Positions 50,097-63,357 of a stretch of DNA of 64,000 nucleotides are shown piece after piece; the first letter of the stretch is position 1; each line of letters starts with the position of its first letter. The DNA is from Octopus sinensis. Taxonomy: Eukaryota. The stretch spans positions 4,960,001-5,024,000 of the forward strand of contig NC_043022.1 of assembly GCF_006345805.1 (NCBI RefSeq). The letters run 5' to 3'. A program made the translations under genes and the position numbers. Under the pieces are notes generated by a model. The model did no database searches. It saw nothing but the letters and a program-made list of their open reading frames with translations, and had not been told where the DNA came from.

Positions 50097-50191
50097 TTTG
50101 CAGATTTTGTTTCACATAGTTGTTTGACTTGTTAGAAATAGCAGCCAAATCTTGTGCAAATTGAAGACACATTTTGACTGAATGTCTTTAA

Positions 50192-50411
50192 CCCTTTTGT
50201 TACCATATTTTTGTCGAGATGCTCTGTGTTTCTTTCAATTCTTTTAAATTTAACCAAGAATTTAGTAAAATAACCTAGTTGTCATTAAGCTAGTGTTAGC
50301 GACATAAATTGTGACTAAGTTTTGGTGTAAGATTTTAATTCAGAACTTTTGAAAACCAGACATTTGTACTACTGAGCCAGAGGTGGTTCAGCTGGGTTGG
50401 TATCAAAAGGG
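50192..50411. mobile_element. piggyBac-type MITE (220 bp) with TTAA target duplications
   Basis: TTAA|CCCTTTTGTTACCA ... TGGTATCAAAAGGG|TTAA; 13 of 14 TIR positions match. Confidence 0.88.
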
Positions 50412-51260
50412 TTAATGGTGAGATACTATGGATATATTTTCTTGGTAAACTTTCCTTGAGGTGAACTTCCTTCGCAGTGAATTGATGGCACTGAACTTAC
50501 CTGTAATTATTTTTCCCCACATGGTAACAAGTCTGCCAGCTTGCCACCTTCACACCTGTATCAATATTAGAAATCAATATTACTGGTTTCAAATTTTGGC
50601 ACAAAGCCAGCAATCCCAGGTGTTGGGTAAGCTGATTATGTCGACCCCAATAGTTGACTGGTACATTATTTTATTGGCCCCAAAAAGACGAAAGGTAAAG
50701 TTGAGCTCGGTGGCATTTGAACTCAGAATGTAAAGTCAGGAGAAATGGTGCAAAGCATTTTTTCCAGTATGGTAATAATTCTGCCAGCGTTCTGTCTTCA
50801 AAAAATCAATATTAATAAAAGAAGAACGCTTTTCTAATCATTGATCAAATATGGCAAATATTAGTTCAGGTCAGTCATTAAATAAATATACGTCTGTCTG
50901 TCTATGCTACCTTATCTTTCCATCTTCCAAACTATCTGTCTGTCTGTCAATCTGTCTGTCTGTCTATCTATCTATCTGTTTGTCTGTTTAGTTATTTATA
51001 TGCATGAGCATGTGTGTATATGATAATATATATATATTATATATATATATATATATATCATCATCATCATCGTTTAGCATCCGTTTTCCATGCTAGCATG
51101 GGTTATCATATACACACACATTACTGACACACATATTTACATATATATAAGTATATATGTATTTATATATATAAATATGCATATATACATACATAGATAC
51201 ATATATATATATATATAAATATAAATATACAAACATATATATATATGTATGTATGTATAG

Positions 51261-51315
<55 letters not shown>

Positions 51316-51415
51316 CTATCTAGCTAGCTAATATATATATATATTATATATATATAATATATATAAAATCATATAAAAAATGTTCATGCATATAAATAAA
51401 TAGACAGAGAGACAG

Positions 51416-51455
<40 letters not shown>

Positions 51456-51944
51456 GAGTAGGAGTAGATGCATCACATTTGTGTTGTAACCATTAATGGA
51501 ATCACCAAATATCAAAAAGCCTGTCTTTCTGTCTTGTCAGTTCCAGTGTTCATTTATATATTTCTCCTCGACTAATCTGGCTGCTTCAATCCATCCATAA
51601 CTCTTAAATCTTGATCACTCATTTTAGTCCTCCCCATTGGTTAATGAGTACAAGCCTTTTAATTACATTGACCAACAGACCAACACAGTTAACGGCGTGA
51701 TTGGTAATTAAACAGAACCAGAGATAATTTAGCTTTCATGTCTAAGATGGTCTTCAGACATTCTTGGAATTCTTTTGTTCTATGTATTCTTTCATTCCTT
51801 TACTTGTTGCATTCATTAGAGTGTGGCCATGCTGGGGCATTGTAGTGACAGATTTAATTGATCAAATCTAATGTGGTATTTTTTAAGTCTCATACATATT
51901 TCATTGGTCTCAATTTGACAAACTGTTAAGTTACAGGGACATAA

Positions 51945-52266
51945 ACCAACCCTGGTTCTCATCTTTAGAGAGCTGTTCTTCACTCCTGCTCCAGAGCGTT
52001 GGCTGCGGGGTCACTCTGAAAAGCTCTATCTGAGACGATTTCATCTCAATCGAAGGAGAGGAGCTTTCTCCGTCCGGGTTGCAGATCAGTGGAATAAGCT
52101 GCCAGACGAGATAGTGAAGATGCCGATGACCGCTCGGTTCAAAGTCTCTCTTGACCAGAAATGGCCTGAACTCTTTGCATGAACACCCTCCCTGTACATA
52201 ACTCCATGTCTCCCTACATGGCCTTGCTTTTGCTTTTTGAGCCAAAAAATTAACTTAACTTAACTT
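51945..52266 (+). mobile_element. CR1-clade LINE 3' end
   Basis: ELFFTPAPERWLRGHSEKLYLRRFHLNRRRGAFSVRV and (TAACT)n tail. Confidence 0.85.
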
Positions 52267-52988
52267 TAGAGCAAAACTTTTGAAAGCTGTCTACCTGCTT
52301 TACCGTCTCTGACCGTTGCTCACACCCACTCCATTTGTTGTTTTACTCTTCTTTCCCACCAGCATCACTGATAGGTTACACATTGTGTTTTATCATACGT
52401 AAGATACTATACGACAAAACCACTAAAATTAAAAACATTTTTCTTAGTAGCAAATCACAATTTTGTCAAGACATGACCAAGACACAAATAAATAATGATA
52501 CTCATGAATATGAGCGTAAAGATAAAAGTTGCTAACTTCATGACTCCAACTGTTATATTGGCTTTGCAAAGATGGCACATTTCCACAGAACCACCATACT
52601 TACAATAAGGGGCATGATACTCTTCCGTCTACCCACAGTACTTACAGTAAGGAGCAACTGAAATGGATCACAACACAGAGTACGGAACAAAGCTAGATGG
52701 GAAAAACACAAGTGGACAACACATTGGTAGGAGACAGAATTTCTTACAGAAAAAAAACAAAACAAAACAAAACAGTACAAATAAAAACTATTATTGATTC
52801 AAGCAATACTCTTGGCATAGCACAATGTCAAAATAAACACACACACACACACATACAATATACTATAGTCACAAATAAAAATATACACATGAATGATGAT
52901 GTATAAACCCAATAATGAAATATTCAAACACATGTATATACACACATTCATACATATGTGTAGATATATATATATTTATGTAATGTTG

Positions 52989-53105
<117 letters not shown>

Positions 53106-53648
53106 TATATATTATGTATATATTATAATGTATATATACATATAATATATAATACACACACATATACATAATATATATGATATATAATATAATGTATGTA
53201 TGCAAGCATGTATGTATGTATTGTATGTGTGTGTGTGTGTGTGTGTGAGTGTATGTATGATTATTGCAGTAGCACACCTATTTTTAATAATAATTTCCTA
53301 ATTGTGCACGGAACATTCGCAAGACAATTACGTGTCATATCCAGACAAAGACCTCATACATCGTCGTCATATTAATTGAAGAGACACAAATAACTGTGGG
53401 GTTGTTTGAGACATTGTAACTGTCAAGACAATGATGAGTATAAGTCCATATGATATTATATAATTGCCACAGTATTATAGAGTGTGAACTGTGAATCTGT
53501 CTATCTATCTATCTATCTGTATGTCAACCTACTACCTACCTACCTTCTATCTATATATCTATCTATCTATCATGAATCTATCTGTCTGTCTGTCTATCTA
53601 TCTATCTAACTGTCTGCCTATCTACCTGTCTGTCTGTCTGTTTATCTC

Positions 53649-53695
<47 letters not shown>

Positions 53696-53719
53696 CTCTG
53701 TATGTCAACCTACCTACCT

Positions 53720-53778
<59 letters not shown>

Positions 53779-53842
53779 GTATGTCAACCTACCTACCTAC
53801 CTACCTTCTATCTATCTATCTATCTGTCTATCTATCTATGTT

Positions 53843-54118
53843 AAGTTAAGTTAATTTTTTGGCTCAAAAAGCAAAAAGCAAGGCCATGTAGGGGGACATG
53901 GAGTTATGTACAGGGAGGGTGTTCATGCAAAGAGTTCAGGCCATTTCTGGTCAAGAGAGACTTTGAACCGATCGGTCGTCGGCATCTTCACTATCTCGTC
54001 CGGCAGCTTATTCCACTGATCCGCAATCCGGATGGAGAAAGCCCCTCTCCTTTGATTGAGATGAAATCGTCGCAGATAGAGCTTTTCGGAGTGACCCCGC
54101 AGCCGACGCTCTGGAGCA

Positions 54119-54119
<1 letters not shown>
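53843..54119 (-). mobile_element. CR1-clade LINE 3' end
   Basis: Reverse complement of the 51945-52266 family, tail at 53843-53856. Confidence 0.85.
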
Positions 54120-54149
<30 letters not shown>

Positions 54150-54154
54150 CCTAC

Positions 54155-54225
<71 letters not shown>

Positions 54226-54804
54226 CACATATACACACATACATATTTGTACATATAAACACGCACATAAAAGCAGTGTCATAGCCATATGTTCAATAAA
54301 TAGGAATTAGTTTTGTTCAAAAATTAGACCCATGAAGGCCTTTTTAAAAACTTGCAACTGGAATTGAACTGATGTGAAAACTTTTGTCGTTATTTAACAA
54401 CTCCTAATTAGTCCATCTCTATCTTCCCCAAGAAACTAAGACAAAGTAGTGGAAAGCTTTTTGAAATTGGAAGACTATTTCATTAGGCAAAACTCATGCG
54501 TATAATGAATGAGTTCTGTTTGGTTTGAGTGACATTTCAGGCTATTAAGAAATCCTTCAGAGAGGCCTAATTTAATAACGAGCTAAATCATCATTGTCAT
54601 ATATCGTATGCCTGCAGCTTATTAATGACACTGCGATGAAAATCTTCCTGATTATGTGTGAGTTCTCCAGCTGTGTTGCCATTCTTGTCCAACCTGCTCT
54701 TGATATCATCCATCCATTGCATTCTTTGCTTGTCTCTTGATCTTCTGCCCTCTACTCTTTCTTTCATGATTATGTTTTCCAAACACCTCCTTCTTTGAAT
54801 ATTC

Positions 54805-55012
54805 TCTTACTCTTACTCTTACTCTTACTTGTTTCAGTCATTTGACTGCGGCCATGCTGGAGCACCGCCTTTAGTCGGGCAAATCGACCCCGGGACTTAT
54901 TCTTTGTAAGCCCAGTACTTATTCTATTGGTCTCTTTTGCCAAACTGCTAAGTGACGGGGACGTAAACACACCAGCATCAGTTGTCAAGCAATGCTAGGG
55001 GGACAAACACAG

Positions 55013-55073
<61 letters not shown>

Positions 55074-55240
55074 TACGACAGGCTTCTTTCAGTTTCCGTC
55101 TACCAAATTCACTCACAAGGCATTGGTCGGCCCGGGGCTATAGCAGAAGACACTTGCCCAAGATGTCACGCAGTGGGACTGAACCCGGAACCATGTGGTT
55201 GGTTAGCAAGCTACTTACCACACAGCCACTCCTGCGCCTA
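54805..55240 (-). mobile_element. SINE family A, full length
   Basis: Near-consensus head and tail. Confidence 0.88.
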
Positions 55241-55587
55241 TATGGCCATAATAGATGAGCTTTTGTTTTTTCACAATGTTCAGGAATTGTTGTCGTTCAT
55301 CAATTTGTTGTAACACTTTTTCATTCATCTGATGATCCTTGTAAGATCTAAATACGTAAGAATATTAATCTGAAAATCCAAAATCAGTCAGTCTGTCTGT
55401 CTGTCTATCTTTCTAACTAACTCTGTATACATACATACTTACACACATCCCTCTTCTGTTAGGAGGCACAAGGTCTTACACACATATGTACACACATGAT
55501 GGAAACCTCCGCCTACCAAATTCAGTCACAAGGCTTTGAGATATATATATATGTATACGTATATCTATCTATCTATCTATCTATCCT

Positions 55588-55717
<130 letters not shown>

Positions 55718-57049
55718 GATATATATATATTTCTGACATGTATTATAGAACATATCTATAGATTTTGTCAACTCCATGTATTATGATGAATGTAAACAAT
55801 TCATTTGTAGAAAATATGTGAACAGAAAAACAGAGAACATTTGTTTCAATTCTTGTTGGAATTGTCGTCAGAAGCTGTGCCTCTAAGAGCCCTATAGACA
55901 TGTCCTGTAGTATATTATATAGCAATGAAGCAAAACACTGTTAACACACCAGTAATTTAACATGCAAATATTGGGCTGTTGCTGGAGACACAAGCTAAGG
56001 TCTGATCATCCCCAGCATGGCTGCTTCAGTGAGGGTGTCTTATACTGAAAGGCCTACAAAGATGAAGATCCAAATAGCATCACTGTTGATGAGTTCTTGC
56101 TCAAGCAGGAGTTGTGTCTTGCACATGCAATAAAGATCTCATTGCTGTCACTTACAATTTCATGTTTAAATAAATTTTAATTACAATGCTGTCAGATAAA
56201 ATATATAGAAGTGAGGAATTCATTATCAATATATTAATTACACAGTAGTGGGAATTCTTCTATCAATTATTTATATATCAACTTAGACATTTTAGAGAGT
56301 GGAATGTTCGGTACATGTTATATGAAAGGGAAATTCTATATGAATTTACAAATGCTACCCACTCCCAGGTGAGGAGTTTTGTTGCCTTGCAAGTTGTTCG
56401 GTGATTCTGTTGGCACTGGTGCCATGCAAAAAAACATCCTGTAAAGTGGTTGACATTAGGAAGGGCATTCAGCTGTAGAGACCATGCCAAAACAGACAAC
56501 TGGGGCCTTGAGCAGCTCTCCAACTTGGCAGCTCCTACAAAACTGTCCAACCCATGCCAGCATGGAAAATGGATGTTAAATGATGATGACAAGGATGATG
56601 ATGATAATGGTGATGATGATGATGATGATGATATCGAGGAGGGACATTCTTTAACAATTTATAATTTACAAACAGGAAAGGAGTTCTTCATTGATGAAAA
56701 CATTCCATAGAAAGGAGGTGTTTTCAACCAATTCTAAATAATTTAAAAGAAGAGAATTCTTTATGAATTCATAAATAAATTATATTGCTGACATTTCCTT
56801 CATGGTTATAAATTCTGGGAAAGTGGGGGAATTCGTCAGTTTCCCAACTGTGGAGGAGGAAAGTTCTTAAAATTCATAAATTTCATGAGAATTAAAAAGA
56901 AAGAAAAGATAAGTAAAAAAAAAAAAGTTAAAAGGAAAAAGAGATGAAACATTTCAAACTCAATAGATTATGTTGTGAAGAAAAGGAGAAATCTATTTAG
57001 ATTTTGGACAATTTGTTTATATATATATATATTATTTTGGCATCCTTGA

Positions 57050-57525
57050 ATCCTTCTTTTATGGAGAGTTAGCTAAAGGAGAACGACCTCCACATAAACC
57101 AAAAAAGAGATATAAGGATTTGCTGAAGGCTTCCTTAAGAGATGCTTGCATCTCTCCTGACACATGGGAAGGTATAGCTATTGATCGTAGCAGGTGGAGA
57201 AGGATTGTGCACTAGGAGACAGCCACTTTTGAGAAATCTCGAGTTGCACATGAGAAAGTAAGGAGGGATGTCAGGAAGGGCATCGCCGTTACACTTCCAG
57301 ATAGGAAGGGTCTTCCTTTGATGCTGACATGCAATGTATGTGCAAGACCCTGCCTCAGTAAAGCTGGACTCATGAGTCATCTTCGTAGCCATAAAACGAG
57401 ACAGATGAGTGACAACCTGGCCACTCGTGGTGGTGTAACACACCATACTAATCATATCTGTCGGGCATGTGGAAGAGAGTGTAATTCGGCAGGAGGACTT
57501 AAATGACATGCAAAGGTACATGAAG
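57050..57525 (+). mobile_element. RTE-clade LINE 3' end with two C2H2-like motifs
   Basis: LLYGELAKGERPPHKPKKRYKDLLKASL...DRSRWRR, then CNVCARPCLSKAGLMSHLRSH and CRACGRECNSAGGLK. Confidence 0.82.
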
Positions 57526-57848
57526 CCCAGTTACAACTACAGCCGGCTATTACCAGTAAAGGTTTTAGTTGCCAATTTTGTACAAGACATTGTAGATCTT
57601 TAGCTGGGATAAAAAGTCACATTCGATCACAGCACCAGTAACAGTTAAGCTTCGTGCAATGGCCATACTCGATAATGAGGGGCAGCCATAACATTATATA
57701 TATATATATATATCTGTAAATAATAGTAATAGTATTTTATAAGCTTAAAGCTTATAGCAATCACCGTGCAATGACTAAAGAAAATAGTCTAATATTGGGG
57801 CATATAAGCCCTTGACGGAAAAATTAGGTTTTCCCATGCACTTTGCAG

Positions 57849-57884
<36 letters not shown>

Positions 57885-59155
57885 TTCAAATATAAGGATA
57901 AAATATTTTCAAAAAAATTTTTATAATGGCCAGTATATTAAAATACCTTTTAAGGTGAAAATTATAAACAATTATAAATAAGGGCAAAGGGAGAAACTTT
58001 TCTTTGTCAATAATCTAAAAAACAGACTTTAGATCATCTAACTACATACAATATTTTTCACTATAAATACAGTGTGTGAAAAATATTGTATGTGGTTAGA
58101 CAATGGCATAGAAAATTTTTTTATTTTGCCCTTATTTATAATTATATATATATATATAGATTATTTTATTTTATTTATTAGGGAATAAAAATTCTGGCAT
58201 CACAGGGGTTCAAATAAAATGAATTATTCTCAATGAGGAAATATATATTATTTAGAGATAGCAGTCCCCATCATCCCACCCCATATAAAAGAAATTTATT
58301 TTAATACTTACTACTCATTTCTAAATTTCTCTGTTACACGTGTTTCTTGTGGTTCTTTTACCATTCCTTAAGCATGCAGTGTTTTACAGGAACATTTCTT
58401 AAAACGCAACCCCAATTGTCAAGCCCCTAAATAACTTTATCATAGTTTGATACCAAATACTATATTTTGATTTTAACAGATAAGTATGCGTATGTGCAAA
58501 TAAATTCACCGAACCTTATTGTGCAAACCATAATTTAATTCAAATAAAAAAATTAATAATAGAAATTAAAAAAATTAAAAATTTACAAAAACTAAATTCT
58601 CACGTGACTTATGTCTATAAACATTCATATAAAATTAATAATATGTAGGGATGAAAATTAAAATATATTCTTGTGGTGATATAATAATGAAAGCCATGAC
58701 AAATAAATATATTCGAATAAAAACCATAGTTAAAAGTGGACATCCACAAGTACAAATGAATGACAAAATGCAAAAAGAAAATTTACAAATGACAAAAATT
58801 AATAATTTACAAAGTAAAAATGTAATGTAAAAAAATATCGTAAAACAAATGTAAAAATATAAAAAAAAATATGTATGTCCAAACTACCGTTGACTACTAT
58901 GGTCCTACAACGTATTAAGTTTGGCTTAACATCACAAGGCTCGGCAAAAATCTCTACACTCCCACCTACTTGCTGTTTCTTTTAAACTATTGCTTAATTA
59001 GCATATTAACTTAATAGTAACAATGGTCCAGGAAAGAAAAAGATGCATCATGGGAGCATTACTTTCTTTAATTTCCTATTATTCCCACCCTTTGTTCACT
59101 CACACCACACTACTATACCTCCCCACATCGAATGGTAAGTTAATTTAAACTAGTA

Positions 59156-59560
59156 CTCTTTTACTCTTTTTTACTCTTTTACTTGTTTCAGTCATTTGAC
59201 TGCGGCCATGCTGGAGCACTGCCTTTAATCGAGCAACTCGACCCCGGGACTTATTCTTTTGTACTTACTCTATCGGTCTCTTTTGCCGAACCACTAAGTA
59301 ACGGGGACATAAACACACCAGCATCGGTTGTCAAGCAATGCTAAGGGGACAAACACAGACACACAAACACACACACGCATATATATACATATATACGACG
59401 GGCTTCTTTCAGTTTCCGTCTACCAAATCCACTCACAAGGCATTGGTCGGCCCGAGGCTATAGTAGAAGACACTTGCCCAAGGTGCCACGCAGTGGGACT
59501 GAACTCGGAACCATGTGGTTGGTAAACAAGCTACTTACCACACAGCCACTCCTGCGCCTA
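59156..59560 (-). mobile_element. SINE family A
   Basis: Full head and tail. Confidence 0.88.
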
Positions 59561-59699
59561 TGAGTACGTTCATATTAAATAATAATAGTAGTGATAATAC
59601 TTACTCTTTAAATTTAGGGTTAGACGTTATTAATTAAGCATTTCAGTCTATGTTTACATTTTATTTTTCTTTCCTCCTGAGCGTTTAGAAGTCCCGTTT

Positions 59700-60075
59700 T
59701 GGCCCATAATATCTCCATGAATTCATGGGCACATAACAGACATGATCTATTTCCAATTCTATACAATTTCGTTTAACTTTAATTCATGATTGATTTCTTT
59801 CGACTTTAACCTCCAAATGTATTTACTTAATCCTGTTGATTTCATTAGTTTCTTATTTTTAAATGAATTCATATGCTGTGCTATTCGTTGTTTAATTCTA
59901 TTCGAAGTGGATCCAATATAAATTCTATCTGGATAATTTTCAATATCTGTATTATTTATTTCGCTTTTTTCATTTCCATCTACATTTATTTTTATTATTA
60001 ATTTTTTTATTTGAATTAAATTATGGCTTGCACAGTAAGGTTCATCGAATTTATTTGCACATATGCATACTTATC
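59700..60075 (-). pseudogene. Penelope-like GIY-YIG endonuclease domain (not in the ORF track)
   Basis: Manual translation: CICANKFDEPYC...RIYIGSTSNRIKQRIAQHMNSFKNKKLMKSTGLSKYIWRLKSKEINHEL, then after a frameshift RIGNRSCLLCAHEFMEI. Confidence 0.82.
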
Positions 60076-61125
60076 TGTTAAAATTAAAATATAGTATTTG
60101 GTATGGAACTTTAATAAAGTTATTTAGAGGTCTGACGATTGGAGTTGTGTTTTAAGAAATGTTCCTGTAAAACACTGCGTGCTTAAGGAACAGGTTCTCG
60201 ATGGGGACTGCTATCTCTAAATAACACACACACACACACACACATATATATTGTCAGTGTATTAGGTTGAAGAAAAAGTTTGTGTGCTGTGCTAAAATAA
60301 TGCTTTTTTAAATATTTTTATGGTGTGTGTGTGTTCATTCAGTTCATTATTTTAACATGGCTCACAAACATTTTCCTCAACGTAGTATATCCCAAAAAGA
60401 AACATACTCTAAAACATAGAGCAGTAATGAGTTTCTATGCAGTTAAGTCTGTGTCCGGTCATAGAGTGACCAATGGCTTTGCATGCATTAAGGGCTTAGT
60501 CCCATGGACAACTTGTCAGACTCTAAAGTTCTTCAAACCTGTGTGTGTGTGTATACATATATATATATAAATATTTATTGATAGAAATGGTAAGACAACA
60601 AAAGAATGGAAGAGACCTCAATATTATGTAAATAGAGGAATTTATCTGTAAATGTAATATGTGACAATTATTTGGTAGCCGTGATAAAACTCTGAGTTTC
60701 TGATGCCGAGGTGGAAATCCATGCCACCAGTTATTTGGCCATCAAAAAAAATGCCCCTTTTTTTTCCAATGGCCAGATAACTGAAGAGATGGCAGCTTGG
60801 ATTTCCACTTTGACATCCAAAACTCAAAGTTTTATCACGGCTACCGAATAATTGTCACATATTACATTTACAGAGATATATATATAAATATATATATATG
60901 GCACCTGTGCAAGTGTCTTCTGCTGTAGCTTCAGGTTGACAAAAGCCTTGTAAATAGATTTGGTAGAGGGAAACTGAAAGAAGCCTAACATATATATATA
61001 TATATATATATCACGTGATCACGTGACCGACCAGACCATCAGATGTTGTTACACATCGCTGGTCACAATGCGTTTGCATTGTTTTAGCCTTCGAATGACG
61101 CCACCGCGCTGACTAAGCGAGCAGA

Positions 61126-61164
<39 letters not shown>

Positions 61165-61194
61165 TAGAAAAAAACAAAAAATATTCCCTCATAT

Positions 61195-61225
<31 letters not shown>

Positions 61226-61405
61226 ATATGTTGGGCTGATATATATATTGTTGCTCCATTTCTTTTCTTATCTGAATATATTAAACCACGGTTTACTATT
61301 TAAATTACCGACTGTTGTTGGTAATACATAGTTAGGTAATACAACAGTAGTGCCTATGGATACTTTTATCCCTTAGATGATTGCATAACCTCTAACTCAT
61401 AATTT

Positions 61406-61441
<36 letters not shown>

Positions 61442-61447
61442 GCATAT

Positions 61448-61680
61448 AAGGTGGCGAGCTGGCAGAAACGTTAGCACGCCGGGCGAAATGCGTGGCCGTA
61501 TTTCGTCTGCCGTTACGTTCTGGGTTCAAATTCCGCCGAGGTCGACTTTGCCTTTCATCCTTTCGGGGTTGATAAATTAAGTACCAGTTACGCACTGGGG
61601 TCGATGTAATCGACTTAATCCGTTTGTCTGTCCTTGTTTATCCCCTCTGTGTTTAGCCCCTTGTGGGTAGTAAAGAAATA
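61448..61680 (+). mobile_element. SINE family B, full length
   Basis: AAGGTGGCGAGCTGGCAGAAACG head to GGGTAGTAAAGAAATA tail. Confidence 0.88.
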
Positions 61681-62492
61681 TATATGCATATATATGTGAT
61701 GTGTGGAAACGGTAGCTTTCATTTGTAAGTGAGTATGACTTAGTAGATGTACCATGTTTTCAACGACAGTTTTAGCTGCCTGTGTTGTTGCAAGAATACA
61801 CAGACATCCTTTTGGTCCTTCCCCTATTGACTCAGTAGAAATATCCAGGGGGTTCACAGCTGGAGAAGAGCAACGCTTTTCAGGCGATTAGATTGGGGGA
61901 ACGTGAAGTGGAGTGCCTTGCTTATAAACATGATGCACTGAAGAATTGAACCCATGTCATGATGCTTATGAGTCCAATAAACTAACCATTTGGTCATGCA
62001 CTTCCATACACACACACACACACAAGTATATACATTACATGTGGGACCTAAATATTATATCATTATATATATATATGTATATATATACATATATATATGT
62101 ATGTATATATACATACATAAATATATATATACAAAATTTAAAGGACTGACCACTAAAAGTGGACGGTCAACATGCTAGATATAGACGTCAAATCGCTATT
62201 TTCCACAAAGAATATGTTCTCAAATAAAAATTCAGCACGAACCAAAGTATTAAAAATAAGCAAGACAAATGAAAATATACGAAATAAAAATGATTACCCA
62301 TGTACCGATCAGTTTCGATTGTTAATATCCATGCATGTGAATACCCGCAATCTCTTCAGCATAGTCGTCATATAGAAATACAATTTGCAGGACTAGATAC
62401 AAAAACGTTTGACCGAAGTCTCGCATGCATAGAGTCCAACCAATTATATTTATGTGTATCTTTCAAATGCCTTCACTTTACATAAATTTTAC

Positions 62493-62554
<62 letters not shown>

Positions 62555-62624
62555 CAGTGTAAGCTCATAAATGTGAAACAAAGTGGGAAAAAATAGTACT
62601 CAAATACCAGAGGTAGAGTAATAT

Positions 62625-62781
62625 ACTTTACTAATAAAGCTGCAAAGACATCACAAAAACTGTTACTCAGAGTTTCATGTTCCTGTTCATCGGACAGTTT
62701 TAGTACCAAAACGGTCTGACAGAACAGGAACATGAAACTCTGAGTAACAGTTTTGGGGATGTTTTTACAGCTTTATTAATA

Positions 62782-62785
<4 letters not shown>
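62625..62785. repeat. Fold-back element with a decayed HHR-like motif in each arm
   Basis: ACTTTACTAATAAAGCTG...GTTCCTGTTC mirrors GAACAGGAAC...CAGCTTTATTAATAAAGT. Confidence 0.8.
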
Positions 62786-62825
<40 letters not shown>

Positions 62826-63074
62826 TTCTTCCGGCCCTCCGAAATTCTGTGTTGGTATCTGGCATGCTGGAAGACCACTGGGAGTTAGGCATCCACCCCT
62901 TAGCTTTTGTTAAAGCCTGTTTCCCGAACCCACTTGAAACCCAAGTCACATCTTTTCTGATAATTGGTGGTGACTTGGTCAGTGAATCCTCTGCAATGGT
63001 CAACAATCATTGACAGGATGAGCTGTCAAGGATCACGCTATCCCAAAGTGTGTATGCATATGACCAGGGACCAC

Positions 63075-63320
63075 ATGTATGGAGTTGCTTGGCTTGGTGG
63101 TCAGGGTGTTGGACTCATGGTTGCAAGATTGTGGTTTTGATTCCTGGTCCGGGCGACAGATATTTTTAAACAAAACACTTAATTTCACGTTGCTCCAGTT
63201 CACTCAGCTGGCAAAAATGAGTAATCCTGCAAGGGACTGGCATCCCATCCAGGTGGGGAATATATATGCCATGAAAACTGGGAAACTAGCCCTTATGAGT
63301 CAGCATGACTTGACAAGGTA
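63075..63320 (+). mobile_element. tRNA-derived SINE (family D-like head)
   Basis: TGGTGGTCAGGGTGTTGGACTC...GTTTTGATTCCTGG head; TTCACGTTGCTCCAGTTCACTCAGCTGGCAAAAATGAGT body. Confidence 0.65.
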
Positions 63321-63357
63321 ACTAGGAGGGAAGTGCCACATATGAACTTATATTCCT

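Larger units (their letters stand above)
58248..60224. mobile_element. PLE-derived inverted-repeat structure (arms ~58248-58560 and ~59993-60224), interrupted by a SINE
   Basis: TTATTTAGAGATAGCAGTCCCCATC and the CCTTAAGCA...AATTCAAATAAAAAAATTAATAATA block occur on + at left and on - at right. Confidence 0.75.

Noticed and set aside
52646-52692. Possible 47-nt minus-strand micro-exon (TTTTTCCCATCTAG acceptor, GTAAGT donor)
   Set aside because: Splice-like motifs occur often by chance and no peptide was recognised.
57318-57506. Host C2H2 zinc-finger gene fragment
   Set aside because: It is contiguous with an RTE LINE C-terminus, so it is better explained as part of the retroelement.
57780-57830. 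GGGC(TTATAT)GCCC hairpin as another hammerhead
   Set aside because: Flanking bases differ from CUGANGA and GAAA at too many positions.
61011-61026. Perfect palindrome TCACGTGATCACGTGA (two E-boxes)
   Set aside because: It lies inside a short (TA)n-flanked repeat-like segment, with no evidence of regulatory function.
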